Of a stretch of 64,000 nucleotides of DNA, positions 37,123-50,514 are shown piece by piece. The DNA lies in the NCBI GenBank assembly GCA_951406725.2, contig OX597818.1:143716001-143780000 (forward strand), written 5' to 3'. Position numbers and translations under genes: made by a program. Position 1 is the stretch's first letter; every line of letters begins with the position of its first letter. The notes below the pieces were generated by a model. The model was not told the origin of the DNA and did not search any database. It was given only the letters and a program-made list of their open reading frames with translations. The DNA comes from Octopus vulgaris (lineage: Eukaryota).

Positions 37123-37330
37123 GTTTCTAATTTTGGTACAAGGCCAGAATTTTCGAGGGAGGGGGTTAGTGAATTATATCGATCCCCCATTCCAGGCTCG
37201 ACTAGTACTTTTTTTAATCAACCCCGAAAGAATGAAATGCAAAGCTGACCTCGGCGGAATTTGAACTCAGAACGTAAAGACGAAATGCCGCTAAGCATTT
37301 TGTCTGGCGTGCTAACAATTCTGCCAGCAG
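37120..37330 (-). mobile_element. SINE family B
   Basis: GACCTCGGCGGAATTTGAACTCAGAACGTAAAGAC. Confidence 0.82.
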
Positions 37331-37359
37331 TAATAATATCATCAGCATCAGCAGCAGTG

Positions 37360-37435
<76 letters not shown>

Positions 37436-38422
37436 CAGCAGCAGCAGCAGCAGCAAAATATGTTTATTATTGAGCTGCATATGTCATTTTCTTAGAAGAA
37501 TATGATTCTTTGATTTTTGACAATCAATAATATTTAGCATTCCTGTGTTATATACTATATTCTACCAGATATGAAAGTCTTTCGTACCTCACCGACTAGT
37601 GACCTAGGTCATAGCTATACGACGAATAAACGTTGACACCAAATATTATATATTATTATTGAACCAATATATTAATAAATATATATGAACAAAATATCAT
37701 TACTCTATAATTATATTACTGTAATTAGTGCCATAATAACATCTCTGATCAAATTTGATAAAATCGCTTGTCTAACAACTACAACTAAAGAATACAAAAT
37801 TATAGATTATCTGAAATTATCTTTCTGAGAAGATTTATTAATTTTACAAGATATTTTGTGTAAAAATATATTTGACTACAACTGTTTTCAATTTTCCATC
37901 TATTCTTTTACTATTTAGAGTGATTTTGTTTTTGGTTTGGTCAACAAATTAATAGAGATTTCAATCAGTGAATGGTATTCTTTTTTTTTTTTTTTTTGCA
38001 GCTTTATATATGGCTTAAAATATGTTTTGTATACATGTATGCGTCTGTCTAAAAGTATACTTGCGTGCGTATAAATAGACAAACTGACAGACAGACAGAG
38101 ATAGACTGAGAGCGAGTTGATTGAAACAACCGCGTGTACATAGACGTATACACAGAAACAACACACAAAACACACAAAACACGCGCGCACGCACCATAAA
38201 AGTTGTTTATTCACATATACAACCGCTTCATCGTAGCCTTAGACATCAGAGAATATAACGAAGCAAAGGACATGAAATTACTCTATCGTAAACATCCACA
38301 ATATGCAAGCAAACGCTCGCAACTTTGCACATAGGTTCGCTTGCATTACTTTGATCGCCTTTTTATGAGAACATTTGAAATATTGTCTACTTTAATCAAA
38401 TTTCTGAGTCGTCTGCTCCAAT

Positions 38423-38468
<46 letters not shown>

Positions 38469-39904
38469 TATAATGTAAACACACACATGCGCGCACACAA
38501 TGACATATATATAACGGGTACTCCACTCGATTTCGACGTATGAGCGTCCAGTTCTTTGATGAACTGACAGACTACTCATTGATGTAGCGTGAAATGCAGC
38601 TGAGTATTCCATAACACGTATACCCATAACGTAATTTTCTACTAAAGCCTTGTGAGTAAATTTAAGCAGGTGGAAACTGTGTAGAATATACTTGTAATTC
38701 AAAAGTCCAGACTTGTCACTCTGTGCCACGTCGATTCTACATGAGAATTTCGTTAAGGACAAATAAATATAGGAAATACGAAGGGACACCCAAAAGTAGA
38801 GGCAAAAACATTTGAAATAATTGAATGTGAGAGGTAAAATTGGTAACTGGGGTGAGATGAGTTATTTCAGATTTCTCGTTTTTTTCTCCCTATTTGCTTG
38901 AAACCATAACATTGCAAGTTTTGCTTCGTTATTTTGTACTGTTGCATCATTTTTGGGAGTAAAAATTGGTCAACAAAGTTGTTGTTGAATGAGTTTGAAA
39001 CAATCAGGTACTTTTTATTCAAAAATTTTTTCTTGAACATTGACCCGACTGTAATTGAAGTTGCTAAGATATCTGGATGATTTTTTGGTGTTTAACAATC
39101 AATATCATTTTTTGTGGTGGGGGTAGGGGTGGGGGGGGGGGCTCCAAGTCAATTTTTTCCCACGCTAATGTCTTGTTTCATTATTTTCAAGTTTCAAAAA
39201 CTTGTCTAAATTGGGACAAAGTGAGTAATGACTAATTTCAATAAGTTCCTCTTTTTAACTGCATGGTGCCTAAATATATCAGGAAACGAACCACTCTAGC
39301 AGATCGTGAAGAAGCTATAAAGAATATATTATGATGAATTCTTTTATTCAGTCGAGTTTCGTTAATTTCATATCATATGCTATTTTTCCATGATCCTCTT
39401 TCATTTGCCCTAGACATTCTGAATTTTTGTCGCATTTCTAACCTTTCTGATATCTAAAGATGGATATTGATGTGTATGATTCTTTTTTTTAAATGTAATG
39501 CTGGAGACCTAGAGAGGCAAATTTACCTTGTCATGTCTTACTCATTTTACTTCAGCTAAATTTGTCTTTTACAAGCTCAAAGAGAACGGAGATAATTTTC
39601 TGAAATAGTGTTCTAAGTATGTTATAGTGTTTTTAATGAATTAAGAGGTCATTTGCTAAGCTAATATAGTTTTTATAAGGTAGTGAACATCTGTAAAAAT
39701 TTTTTTTTGCAAACTCAAAAATGCAGTAAATATTCCTCATTGTGTACACACTTCGCCACAATATAATACACTCTATCTCCGGAAATTTAGTGTTATTTAT
39801 GTATTTAGGTAGTTGAACGGTTTTTGGTTTGTTTTTTTTTGTTGTTTTTTTCGGGTGTTCCTTTATATTCGTTGTATTTCTATAATACATAATGTCGTTT
39901 TAAA

Positions 39905-40200
39905 TATGAATCAACAGCGTGGGTTGAAAAACCAGAAGACGTGTGGCCAGGACCTCCTAGAAATAAACCATAGCGAGGTGATTCCACAGGTGAATCGGAA
40001 CAACTAGGAAAAGAGGTAGTCGTGAAGAAGCCAAAGATTAAGTGGCCGAAGGCAAATGATGCAGCTAGCTATAAGAAATTCGACGACGAGGTAGCAAGAA
40101 TGACCACCAAATTCAAAATGGACGACGAACAAAAGCTCGAGAACTAGGCTAACATAATCTTTTGGGAAGGAGAGTAAAGATTTGGGCCTGAAACAACACG
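39905..40200 (+). pseudogene. HERO/NeSL-like non-LTR ORF N-terminal fragment
   Basis: QRGLK...; KIKWPKAND...FDDEV...KLEN*ANIIF...RFG, a pre-RT motif of RLE-type elements as I recall it. Confidence 0.55.
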
Positions 40201-41936
40201 CCTTCGTACATTGTGAGTAATTGAGGGGACTGATAGCCTATATCGAACAACTGATGTCAGGGACGGAAGGAGTACGGCTATCGACTAAGTCCATCATTAA
40301 GATCTACCGCCTTCCTCCTTTAATAAGGAAAGGAAGGTGTCCTTTTCCTGTGTAGTAGCCATACTGAAAGACACAGTATGGAAGGGTAAGTGCGACTGGC
40401 CACTTTATCTCTGGACGCGGGTTGGTGAGTTATTTTAACTACCACTTGACAAGATCCGTTAGGAAAAAAAGTGTCTGTCTCAAAGAATATTCGAGAAAAG
40501 ATGGATAACTGTTATAAAACTGCTGAGATTGAATGAGTTGTGCTAATGAAGCCGACCAAGGCGAAAAAGAGAGAAAATGAAAAACAAAAATACGGTGATT
40601 ACAGAGAAATTAAAGGGAAAAAGAGAGCAAGCCGGCGGGTTTAAATAAAAAACCCGAAGACAAATTATTATAATCATTTAACTTTAAAAAATTTTCTTTC
40701 GTATTTAACTTATTTCGATTTCATACCGCCTATTTCATTAAACCGATTTTAATCAGTTTTTATCATGTTTGTAACCTCAACCCTGTTTTGTGACCGTCCT
40801 TGTTCTGTCCCCTCTATGTATGCCACTATAGGCAAATAAAGAAATACGCCCGCTGACATTCGTTGACATTGAAGAAACAAAAGAACAAAAGGTCAACGGA
40901 AAAAGAAAAAAATGCACTCAACACCAGAGCTAAAGACAGCTCCGAAAGCGGAGGCCCCACCACGTCGAAAACGGTAGAGAAGTAGGGGCCGAAACTGGAC
41001 GTGATTCCTCCTGATGTCCTTAGCCACTAGATCCTATAAATGAGTCGTTGAGGTAGCAAACCACGAAATGCGGTTGGAATTTCATTCTTCCTATCGTTTT
41101 AAATATGATTCCTATTAGTCTGGAACCACGAATTAATGTATTTCCATTAAAATAAGAATGACGTCATAAAAGGCATTAACACCAAAGTGAATATGGCTCA
41201 TCTAGTCAACCCTGACTGACTTAATATAGTGAAAGCAGCAAGCTTCAAAGAAATTATGCGAATTTTTTTCACCAATGTTTGGGCCGATAGTAATAAATTA
41301 GCGAGTGATTTCAACTTCTGGCAAAGGTATTCTAGGTTCATGCGGAACATTTTGCTTTTTACCTCTATATTGCAGTCTCGTTTCTCTCACCTATTCAGCC
41401 TTAGGCCAGAGAGCCACTAGCCCCCTAAGGGAATCTATGTCACTCGTCTCGGTAAGTTGTTCTCTCTCCCATCTTTCCCCTTTCTTATGTAACATGCTTG
41501 TGTCGTACACGGCAAAAGACATCTATCTTGACTTGTAATGTCGAGTGACACATAGTTACATGCAGTGATTTCAATTCTTTGTACTACTTCCATAATATTA
41601 TCCAGATAGTTGCATACAGAAGAATCCTACCTATTATGCTCGTTACGCATTCCACCAATTTGCTGGATGCACATTTGTTAATACAACAATGCGGGTTACT
41701 AAATTATTTGAAGTCAGTGAAACTTTAGTGTGGTCATTGTATACACACGCAACCCACCTCACATTTTAAACAGCATAAGAAGAGTATATAACTAACTACA
41801 GTATTAAAAATTAAACTTTCACCTTTGTTGAGCCTACGCACGAATTCGTTTAACAGGAAAAGTATTTTCGGTATAACTGCGAAATAGTTACTTGTAATCT
41901 CTTTCTCTATCTCTATTTCTTTCTATCTCTATCTCT

Positions 41937-41990
<54 letters not shown>

Positions 41991-42558
41991 ATCTCTCTCT
42001 ACATATATGTCTAGGTATCTCGCTCTGTGTGTCTGTGTGCCTGTCTGTATTTGTGTAATGTAATTTATAATATTTTTTTACATATATAAATGAATATGTA
42101 TCTACATTGGTGTTAACTTATGATTCCAAATAGTCGTTTAGTAATTTGTGTAAAACAATCTAGATATGAGCAGAGAACGGTAATAACATTTCCAGTTAAC
42201 GAGGAAACTAAGATTCGAGAGAAACTAAGATTGTCAATTTTTACAAATTTTGACAGGAGATTTTCAACATGAACACGCAAAACTATAATTACTTTTTTTT
42301 TTTCTTTACCCGCATTTTCTGTTTCTTAAAGCAATTTGGTTTGAGGTCAATAAATTGTATTTTGAATCAGTGGCTTCTACTTTGGATCAATAAGTAGATA
42401 TTTCAGGTAGATAAGTTCTTTTTTTGCCAATAAATGTCGTATAAGGCCAATATTTTCGTTCGTCTTTGTCTTTTTTATTCGTTATTATATCATTTAAGGT
42501 TTATCATTATTACAAAATCCTAAGTATGTATCTTCATTTTATTTATCTATATGCTCCC

Positions 42559-42611
<53 letters not shown>

Positions 42612-42889
42612 TTCTTTATGCTTATACATATAGGCACCCACGCTTGCGTGCGCATTTCCAACTTCATAGGTACGGTATTTTTACGATGTCACCTATGTAG
42701 GCATTGATATTTACAATTCATCAAATACACACAAGCACATGCCCCACTCTCTTTCGCATGCAGCTGCTTAATTAGAAAATGCGCAACATGCAAACAACGG
42801 CACACAAACACATACACCATTCACGCTTACATATACATTTTTGCGCACACATACGGGCTGACAAAAGTATGACCGGTCATTTCCACCAG

Positions 42890-43340
42890 GGACTGTAATA
42901 TTCTTTCCACTATAAGCACAAGGCCGGAAATTTTGGTGGAAGGAGATAATCAATTACATTCACCTAAGTTGCTCAACTGCTACTTATTCCCTTTTTATCA
43001 ACCCCCGAAAGAGATGAAAGGTAAGGTTGACCTCGGTGGATAAAAGGTAAAGTCGACCTCAGAACAGATCCTATTCCGCTTTTTGTGAGAGGGGAAACCA
43101 CCACTAGTGAGGCGCTCCATCTACTGCCAGAAACCGTTAAAGGGTGGGTTAGGAATGCCTCGGCTGATGATGCGCAAGTATGCGCTGGGGCTGAGAAATC
43201 TCTGGCGCTACCTGGATGGTGAACAGGTGTGGTCACCGCACGCCAAGTTCCTTTTTCCGCAATTAACGTCTTTACGGGACAAAATATCATTAAACATTTT
43301 GTCCGACGCGGTAACGAATCTGCTAGCTAACCATCTTACC
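42890..43340 (-). mobile_element. SINE family B interrupted by a Tx1 ORF2 fragment (~43065-43263, +)
   Basis: SINE core on both sides. The insert encodes RRSIYCQKPLKGGLGMPRLMMRKYAL, homologous to 31843-32028. Confidence 0.75.
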
Positions 43341-44673
43341 AGAGACTGTAATATTGTCTGTATTAAATCAATGAGTGTAACCCCTAGTTCTAGTGTTTAT
43401 CTTGTAGAATCTGTGTTCATTAATAATTTGATATTTGATTGATAATTTTTTTTGTTTGAGTCAGAAGAACAGATTTTGGATATATTTTTATGTTCTAAGG
43501 TTTCTTTTCTCTTCTTGGATCAATACAGGTAAAATTCTTTTATAATAAATTGACGGAACATAAAAAAATTAAGCACAGAATTTTGTCAGTAAAGAAATTC
43601 GTTTTAAAGAAAAGCTCATTATAATGGGATTCAAGAAATAAATCGTAAAAACAATTTTATTCACACAATACTGAAGAACAGACTGTAACTCAAACATATG
43701 AACTGTACTATTTGAAAAACAAAGTAGTAAAAATAATTATAATAAATCTTTCTGGACGTGACCACTGTGACTTTTTTGTGGAATTAGACTTTTTTCTTTA
43801 AAGTTTTTCAGCTGTGACTACACACACATACACACACAATATAGATATATGGCATACATACATATCAGATAGAGAGAGGGAGAACGTCAAAATTTGCTTT
43901 TAACTTTTTGAAGTTGTTAAATAAAGTACCAATCTGAGCTGGTGAATTGTAGAAGTTTCAGTGTTTGTAAAAGAAAACAAAGAACAAATACCATGAAATA
44001 TCCGTTCCAGCTTTTGCATTCTGTTTCAGACGGTCTGATTATCTGCAGCTGTAAATTTTCTCTTCAAGGTCACATTCTTTTTTCGCCTTTTTTATGGAAG
44101 GCCAACAGTTGTACATGCATGACAGCTTTTTTCTACACCCAGTTATGTATAATGAAAAAACACCGCTGATACAGCTTAGCATGGCTGTCATTGCATGCGT
44201 TGCATTCAAAACGAAAAGAGACGAAAGACCTATAGCAAGGCATCTGATGCGATACCAAATTTTGCCGATCCAGCAGCTGGCTCTGGTATTTTATTTATCA
44301 GCCCCGTATTGATGGAAGGTAAAACTGACAGGGGCAGAATTTGAACTAGACCATACCCTCAAGGGAGAACAGAAATGAAAGAGTGCGGTAAAGAAAAGAT
44401 ATGGAATGAATAGACGCGATAGAAAGGATTGTTGTGGGTGGAAAGAGTAGACAAAATGGAGACAGGACTGAGAATCATGAATGTGGTGGGAGTGGAAGGG
44501 GAGTAAATGAAATTTGTGGTGATTATTGTGAATGAGAAAGTCGAAAAGCAGACGGCAAAGAGGCTGCTAGTTGAAGAAGACAATGACGGATGAGGAGGGA
44601 AATGCAAGTAGAGAAGAAAAGATGGGCTTGATGAAACTTACGGTCAAGGGTATGCATATATATATATATGCTT

Positions 44674-45000
<327 letters not shown>

Positions 45001-45026
45001 ATATATATATATATATATATACATAC

Positions 45027-45097
45027 AAATGGCGGTGCTCCAGCATGGCCACAGCCGCCGAGCTGAAACTAGATAAAATAAAAAATAAAATAAAAAT
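45027..45097 (+). mobile_element. Tail-only retroposon copy (CR1-type double hairpin plus (TAAAA)n)
   Basis: AAATGGCGGTGCTCCAGCATGGCCACAGCCGCCGAGCTGAAACTAG. Confidence 0.75.
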
Positions 45098-45139
45098 ACA
45101 CACACACACACACACACACACTTAAACATACATATATAC

Positions 45140-45360
45140 ATCATTTAAATATATAATATATATGAGCAAGTTTAGATATACAACTATATATATGAGAATA
45201 CATAAAACAAAACATACGGCTCTACTCATATAAATACATAAAAACAAAAGTACCCTGTTGTTGATGTTGAAATTCCAATGAAGGAGACTTGGATCTAGGT
45301 TAGAAACCGGCTTTTTCTCTATTGGCAAGAAATCTTGAAATAAAACTGAATAATGACATA
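45140..45360 (+). mobile_element. 3'UTR-only copy of the R4/Dong-like element at 61686-63445
   Basis: TACCCTGTTGTTGATGTTGAAAT..CAATGAAGGAG...AAGAAATCTTGAAATA..ACTGAATAATGA is shared with 63332-63440. Confidence 0.8.
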
Positions 45361-45374
45361 TATCCATACATATA

Positions 45375-45592
45375 TATTCTTTTCTACTCTTGGCACAAGA
45401 CCCGAAACTTTTGGGGAGGGGGCCAGTCGATTAGATCGACCCCAGTACGGAACTGGTACTTAATTTATCGAACCCGAAAGGATGAAAGGCAAAGTCGACC
45501 TCGGCGTAATTTGAACTAAGAACGTAAAGACAGACGAAATATCGCAAAGCATTTCGCCCGGTGTGCTAACGTTTCTGCCAGCTCGCCGCCTT
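45375..45592 (-). mobile_element. SINE family B, full-length
   Basis: Head GGCGGCGAGCTGGCAGAAACGTTAGC, B-box-like AGTTCAAATT, core GCCTTTCATCCTTTCGGG.TCGATAAATTAAGTACCAG (Nin/Deu-like as I recall). Confidence 0.88.
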
Positions 45593-45602
45593 ATAAGTAG
45601 TT

Positions 45603-45800
45603 TTATTCTTTACTTGTTTCAGTCATTTGACTGCGGCCATGCCGGAGCACCACCTTTAGTCGAGCAAATCAACCCCACGACTTATTCTTTGTAAGCCTAG
45701 TAATTATTCTATCGGTCTTTTGCTGAACCGCTAGGTGACGGGGACATAAGCGCACCAGCATCGAGTGTCAAGCGATGTTGAGGGGAACAATCACAGACAC
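45603..45800 (-). mobile_element. SINE family A 3' half
   Basis: Tail and body match 6464-6660. Confidence 0.85.
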
Positions 45801-45833
45801 AAACATATACACACATACACATACATATATATG

Positions 45834-45917
<84 letters not shown>

Positions 45918-46033
45918 TATATGTATATATATATTCAATCCGAATTAGGGACTTTGCAGTCTTTGAAACATATGTAGAAAATAATAAAAAGGAATTTTGT
46001 TAAATCTTCGTTCAGCTCCATTTCTTCCTACAC

Positions 46034-46144
<111 letters not shown>

Positions 46145-46197
46145 CTTTACTACCCACAAGGGCTAAACACAGAGGGGGCAAACAAGGATTAAGTCGA

Positions 46198-46425
46198 TTT
46201 CGGGATAGTCATTTTTTTGTTTTTCTTGTCAAATAAACCCAAGCACTATATATTCGTTCTTCATTTCAGATTTTTTATTGTGCTTGTTCGTGGAATGGAG
46301 AGTTGCTGAAGAGGTCACTGGATGTGTGACGAAAGATGTCAGACAAAGGGCACTAAAATAGGAAGCTGAAGTGAAGAACGTGTGTTTATTTGGCAAAAAA
46401 CAAATGACCATCCCGAAATATAACA
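46198..46425. mobile_element. TIR element with TG...CA-type ends in (TA)n; an extra TIR copy lies at 46894-46914
   Basis: TTTCGGGATAGTCATTT / AAATGACCATCCCGAAATATAACA; isolated TGTTATATTTCGGGATGGTCA. Confidence 0.6.
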
Positions 46426-46474
46426 ATATATATATATATATATAAATATAACAATATATATATATATATATATA

Positions 46475-46878
46475 TGGTAAGTAGCTTGCTAACCAACTAC
46501 ATGGCTCCGGGTTCAGTCCCACTGCGTGGCACCTTGGGCAAGTGTCTTCTGCTATAGCCCCGGGCCGACCAAAGCCTTGTGAGTGGATTTGGTAGACGAA
46601 AACTGAAAGAAGCCTGTCGTATATATGTATATATATATGTGTGTGTGTATATGTGTGAGTGTTTGTGTGTGTTTGTCCCCCTAGCATTGCTTGACAACCG
46701 ATGCTGGTGTGTTTACGTCCCCGTCACTTAGCGGTTCGACAAAAGAGACCGATAGAATAAGTACTGGGCTTACAAAAGAATAATTCCTGGGGTCGATTTG
46801 CTCGACTAAAAGTCGGTGCTCCAGCATGGCTGCAGTCAAATGACTGAAACAAGTAAAAGAGTAAAAGAATAAAAGAGA
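46475..46878 (+). mobile_element. SINE family A, nearly full-length
   Basis: Reverse complement of 6464-6840 with few differences. Confidence 0.92.
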
Positions 46879-46912
46879 TATATATATATATATTGTTATA
46901 TTTCGGGATGGT

Positions 46913-47037
<125 letters not shown>

Positions 47038-47483
47038 ATATGTATAGTGATGGTTTGTTGCCAACTTCATGTGGTAGTCACAGGAAAGGGAAGAATGCTA
47101 TTGCTATTTAGCCCAGGAAACACCGTTTCCAGTTGGCCATGTGGCACAAGCGTACCGTGTCCTTATGTTTTGAAACAGAGAAGATAAGTACCTCCTCCCA
47201 GCAAATCCAGCATCCAGAAACTAGTTTCAGAGTCATTGCTCTTCGTAACTCTGGAGTAGCTTGGCTTGCTAGCTTTTTTTTTTTTTTTTTTTTCCTTATT
47301 ATAAGCACATAGCTCTTACAGAGAAGGGACGAACAAACAACATAATACAGTGGGGTACATGAAACGAAAATCGAATGGATATGAATATAGTGATATATGA
47401 AAAAAAAATTAAATGTCTTACTTGCCCCCTTACGCAAGCAGTGTCATTTAACTGTTTATACAGTTCATGTTCGTGTACAGTCT

Positions 47484-48235
47484 ATTGATTGATTGATTGA
47501 TTGATTCTAGTTTCAGCTCACGAGCTGTGGCCATGCTGGGGCACCAGTTTTATTTTTTTTAAACACATTTCAATTTTACAAATTTTACTTACTTTTATAT
47601 TCATCGACAAAGTATTGCACAATGTCTTCGAATGGCAGCAGGTCACATCGAAACCACAGGTTTGTCAAATCAATCCGCTCACCGAACAATTCTTTCCATT
47701 TATCCGCTCTATTACTTTCCAGCAAAACCACCCTGTCCTCCTCTCTATATTCACTTCCCGTTATCTTAACTCATAACATTTTCCAACTTCGTAATCCTAT
47801 GTCTATACTATTCTTGTATTCCACCATTCTCCTCAAATTTCTTCATTTCGCCTTCTCTCTCCACTCTCCACCTCCACTCTCTCCCGATCTTCCTGGTTCT
47901 TGACTGTCCATTTTACTGCCGATCCTCGTTGCTGCTTCCTTTCTTTTCTGAATACTTTCTTTTTCATTTGTTCTCTCTTCTGCAATTTCTTTTTTTCCGC
48001 TCCTGCACCTTCTATCTGCATCTCCTCCAAATTGCCTTTTCTCTTTTTTTTCCGGGCTTTTTTGGAGGCAATAATGCATCCCCCCCCTTTTTTTTTTCTT
48101 TCTCTTTCCGACTGGGTGTTTCGCTTCTACCGTTTCCATTACTTCTTTTTCCTGGCCTTTTCCACCACACATTGTTCCACCTCCAGCTGCTGCTGCTTCT
48201 GTTCTACCTCCTGTTCCACTTCTTGTTTCTGGAGA
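47484..48235 (-). mobile_element. Decayed ORF1-like coding retroposon ending directly in the CR1-type tail and (CAAT)n
   Basis: K/E-rich frameshifted ORF ending ...LWFRCDLLPFEDIVQYFVDEYKSK*, then ~40 nt, then GGTGCCCCAGCATGGCCACAGCTCGTGAGCTGAAACTAGAATCAATC. Confidence 0.6.
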
Positions 48236-48580
48236 CAAATATAACAAATAGTCACAATAACAGCACAAGAAACGAACTCACATACCGCAGGTAACAACTG
48301 AAAACAATACCGTGATGTAGACGAAAAAGGCGTGGCCTTGCTAGCTGAATTTTTATTACTATTATAAAAATCCTACATAGAGGGGGACATTACAAGTACA
48401 TTAAGATGTTATGATGAGTTCGTGTGGACTTTTATATTTGAATTTCAGTTTATATATTTTAATTTTGACTTTTGTTTTTAAATTTTTTTTTTAACAGAGG
48501 GAACACACCCGGCAGCCGGCAACTGTCTTTTCGTCCTTCGTTGATAATTAAGTTGGGTTACAAACACACACCTTTCTCAT

Positions 48581-48741
48581 AACCATAGGCCTCGTCAGAG
48601 GTTATAAATAACTTTAAAATGTATATATCCAATGTTATATATTGTTCAATAGTGTTCATTAACGTATTTTGCGCATGTGAATAGTATGTACGCTTTGCTT
48701 ATGTATGTATATATGTAGTTTTTATATGTATATATATATAT

Positions 48742-48779
<38 letters not shown>

Positions 48780-49012
48780 TTGGATATTTGTTTATTGTTT
48801 ATTTGTATATATCAAGTAATACGTGCAGCATGTTTAGTATATTAATACTATTATTATATTTTAAAGTTATTTATAACCTCTGACGAGGCCTATGGTTCTT
48901 TTAACATATAAGTATCATATTTTTTAAATGCCTACATCCCTAGTGTGTTGACATCTCTAGGCAATGAAAATTATATTCACTCTTGACCAGAGGCTGACAC
49001 AGCTGTAAGAAG
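48581..49012. mobile_element. Penelope-like pLTR remnant: perfect 40-bp inverted repeat plus degenerate hammerhead
   Basis: Arms 48581-48620 and 48858-48897; CTGACGA GGCCTATGGT...ACCAGAGGCT GACA CAGCTG TA. Confidence 0.6.
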
Positions 49013-50134
49013 TAATTTATGGATTTCAATAATTTATAATATGACTTTTAAAATCTGTATTTGTATTATTATCTTATCTATTGATTTATATAATATTTTT
49101 GTATGTTTTTGATGTCCTCATTTGTAAAATGAATAAATAATCTAACATTATAATATCCGTAAGTTGATGAACAAACTAAACTTGTTTCTCCATTTTCTTA
49201 TTTGTATTATAAATTTACGGTAAAAATATTTCTTTACCTTCACCCGTTTAATACAATAAATGAATTAATTGCATTGCAATTAAAAACATTTATGTATTAA
49301 GAATTTGGGTACTTTACCAACAGTATACTGGATAAATGATATCCCATAGTGGGTTACACCCATAACCCCTATCTTACTTTGTACTATATATATGCGTCAG
49401 ATCATTAAGTAATATTGATCAAATGCAACACAATATAACCTGTCGCGTAGTCGGCCCGTCGCGACTAAATCGGCAACCCTTCCAAGCCTGCTAGGCAAGG
49501 AGGGTTTTTTTTGTTGAACATTCAGCAGGATGAGAAAGAAAACCTGTTAAAAGGCGGATGAATGGTGTTGAGTCAACGACCATCCAAACAGCTGTAAAAC
49601 CAAGGCGAGAGATGGACACCAAGCTGTTGTTAGAACATCCTTTTAGGGATGAGACACTCCGATGTGAAACTTGTGGTTTCACGTGACTACATGTCGTCTT
49701 GCTTCGGCTAGTCACTATGTACTAGAGACTGGTATTCATGTTCTTCAAGCGTTTATCCAGTGACGTTAAGATGTCACTTTATCACAACTTTTTTTTGTCA
49801 TTCCATCTACTGAAAGCGATATGGCGACGGAAGAGTGACATGAGCAACTTAACCAGTGAGAAAATTCAACTTAAAATCAAAAACGTTTGAAGCTTTGATC
49901 GGTGAACTCCTTTGCAGGCAAAGTGACCCGATCAATCCAACGGAAGTCACAACATTTCCCTGACATTTATGCTTCAAACCATGTAGATCTTCAGCGGGAC
50001 TGAACTGTCATCTGAGTAGTAATAGATGGGAGGTCAAAAATGCCGTTGTCTACGAGGAAGCACAAGACAATCATCTGTGAAAATGGAGTAATCGACACAC
50101 ACGCATATGTATGTACGTATTGTGTATTTGTATG

Positions 50135-50200
<66 letters not shown>

Positions 50201-50219
50201 GTGTGTGTATACATGATTG

Positions 50220-50400
50220 ACCGGTAGCTACTAAAGCTTTCTTTTTTATTCTTTCTCTGTTTATTTTCTCGTGTTCCTTTCTGTTGACGAACGTAGACTC
50301 GAAACGTAAAAGATTTTCTCACCTTTCTGAGCGTTAAACTAATATAGCTGTTTGTTGTTTACACACCTGTCTTCGTCTTTTGTTTTTTGTAAATTCCAAC
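50220..50400 (+). mobile_element. Penelope-like pLTR remnant with degenerate minimal hammerhead (50277-50312)
   Basis: CTTT CTGTTGA C GAACGTAGACTC GAAA CGTA AAAG. Confidence 0.5.
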
Positions 50401-50514
50401 TATATATATATACAAATATATGTGTGTGTCTGTGTACAGACAGACAGACAGACAGACAGACACAATTTTTAAACACGGAACATCACCGTGAAGAATTTTG
50501 TTGAATATACCAAC

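Noticed and set aside
38346-38789. 147-aa ORF in non-repetitive sequence
   Set aside because: It runs through a (TG)n tract, starts at a non-ATG codon and shows no motif or convincing splice sites.
44359-44640. Possible very old L2/Daphne ORF2 linker fragment
   Set aside because: Only a vague SLFAVCFST similarity, too degraded to call.
46302-46344. Hammerhead-like CTGAAGA..GTCAC/GTGAC..GAAA..GTC
   Set aside because: Stems I and III do not pair next to the core, and it lies inside a TIR element. Probably coincidental or too decayed to call.
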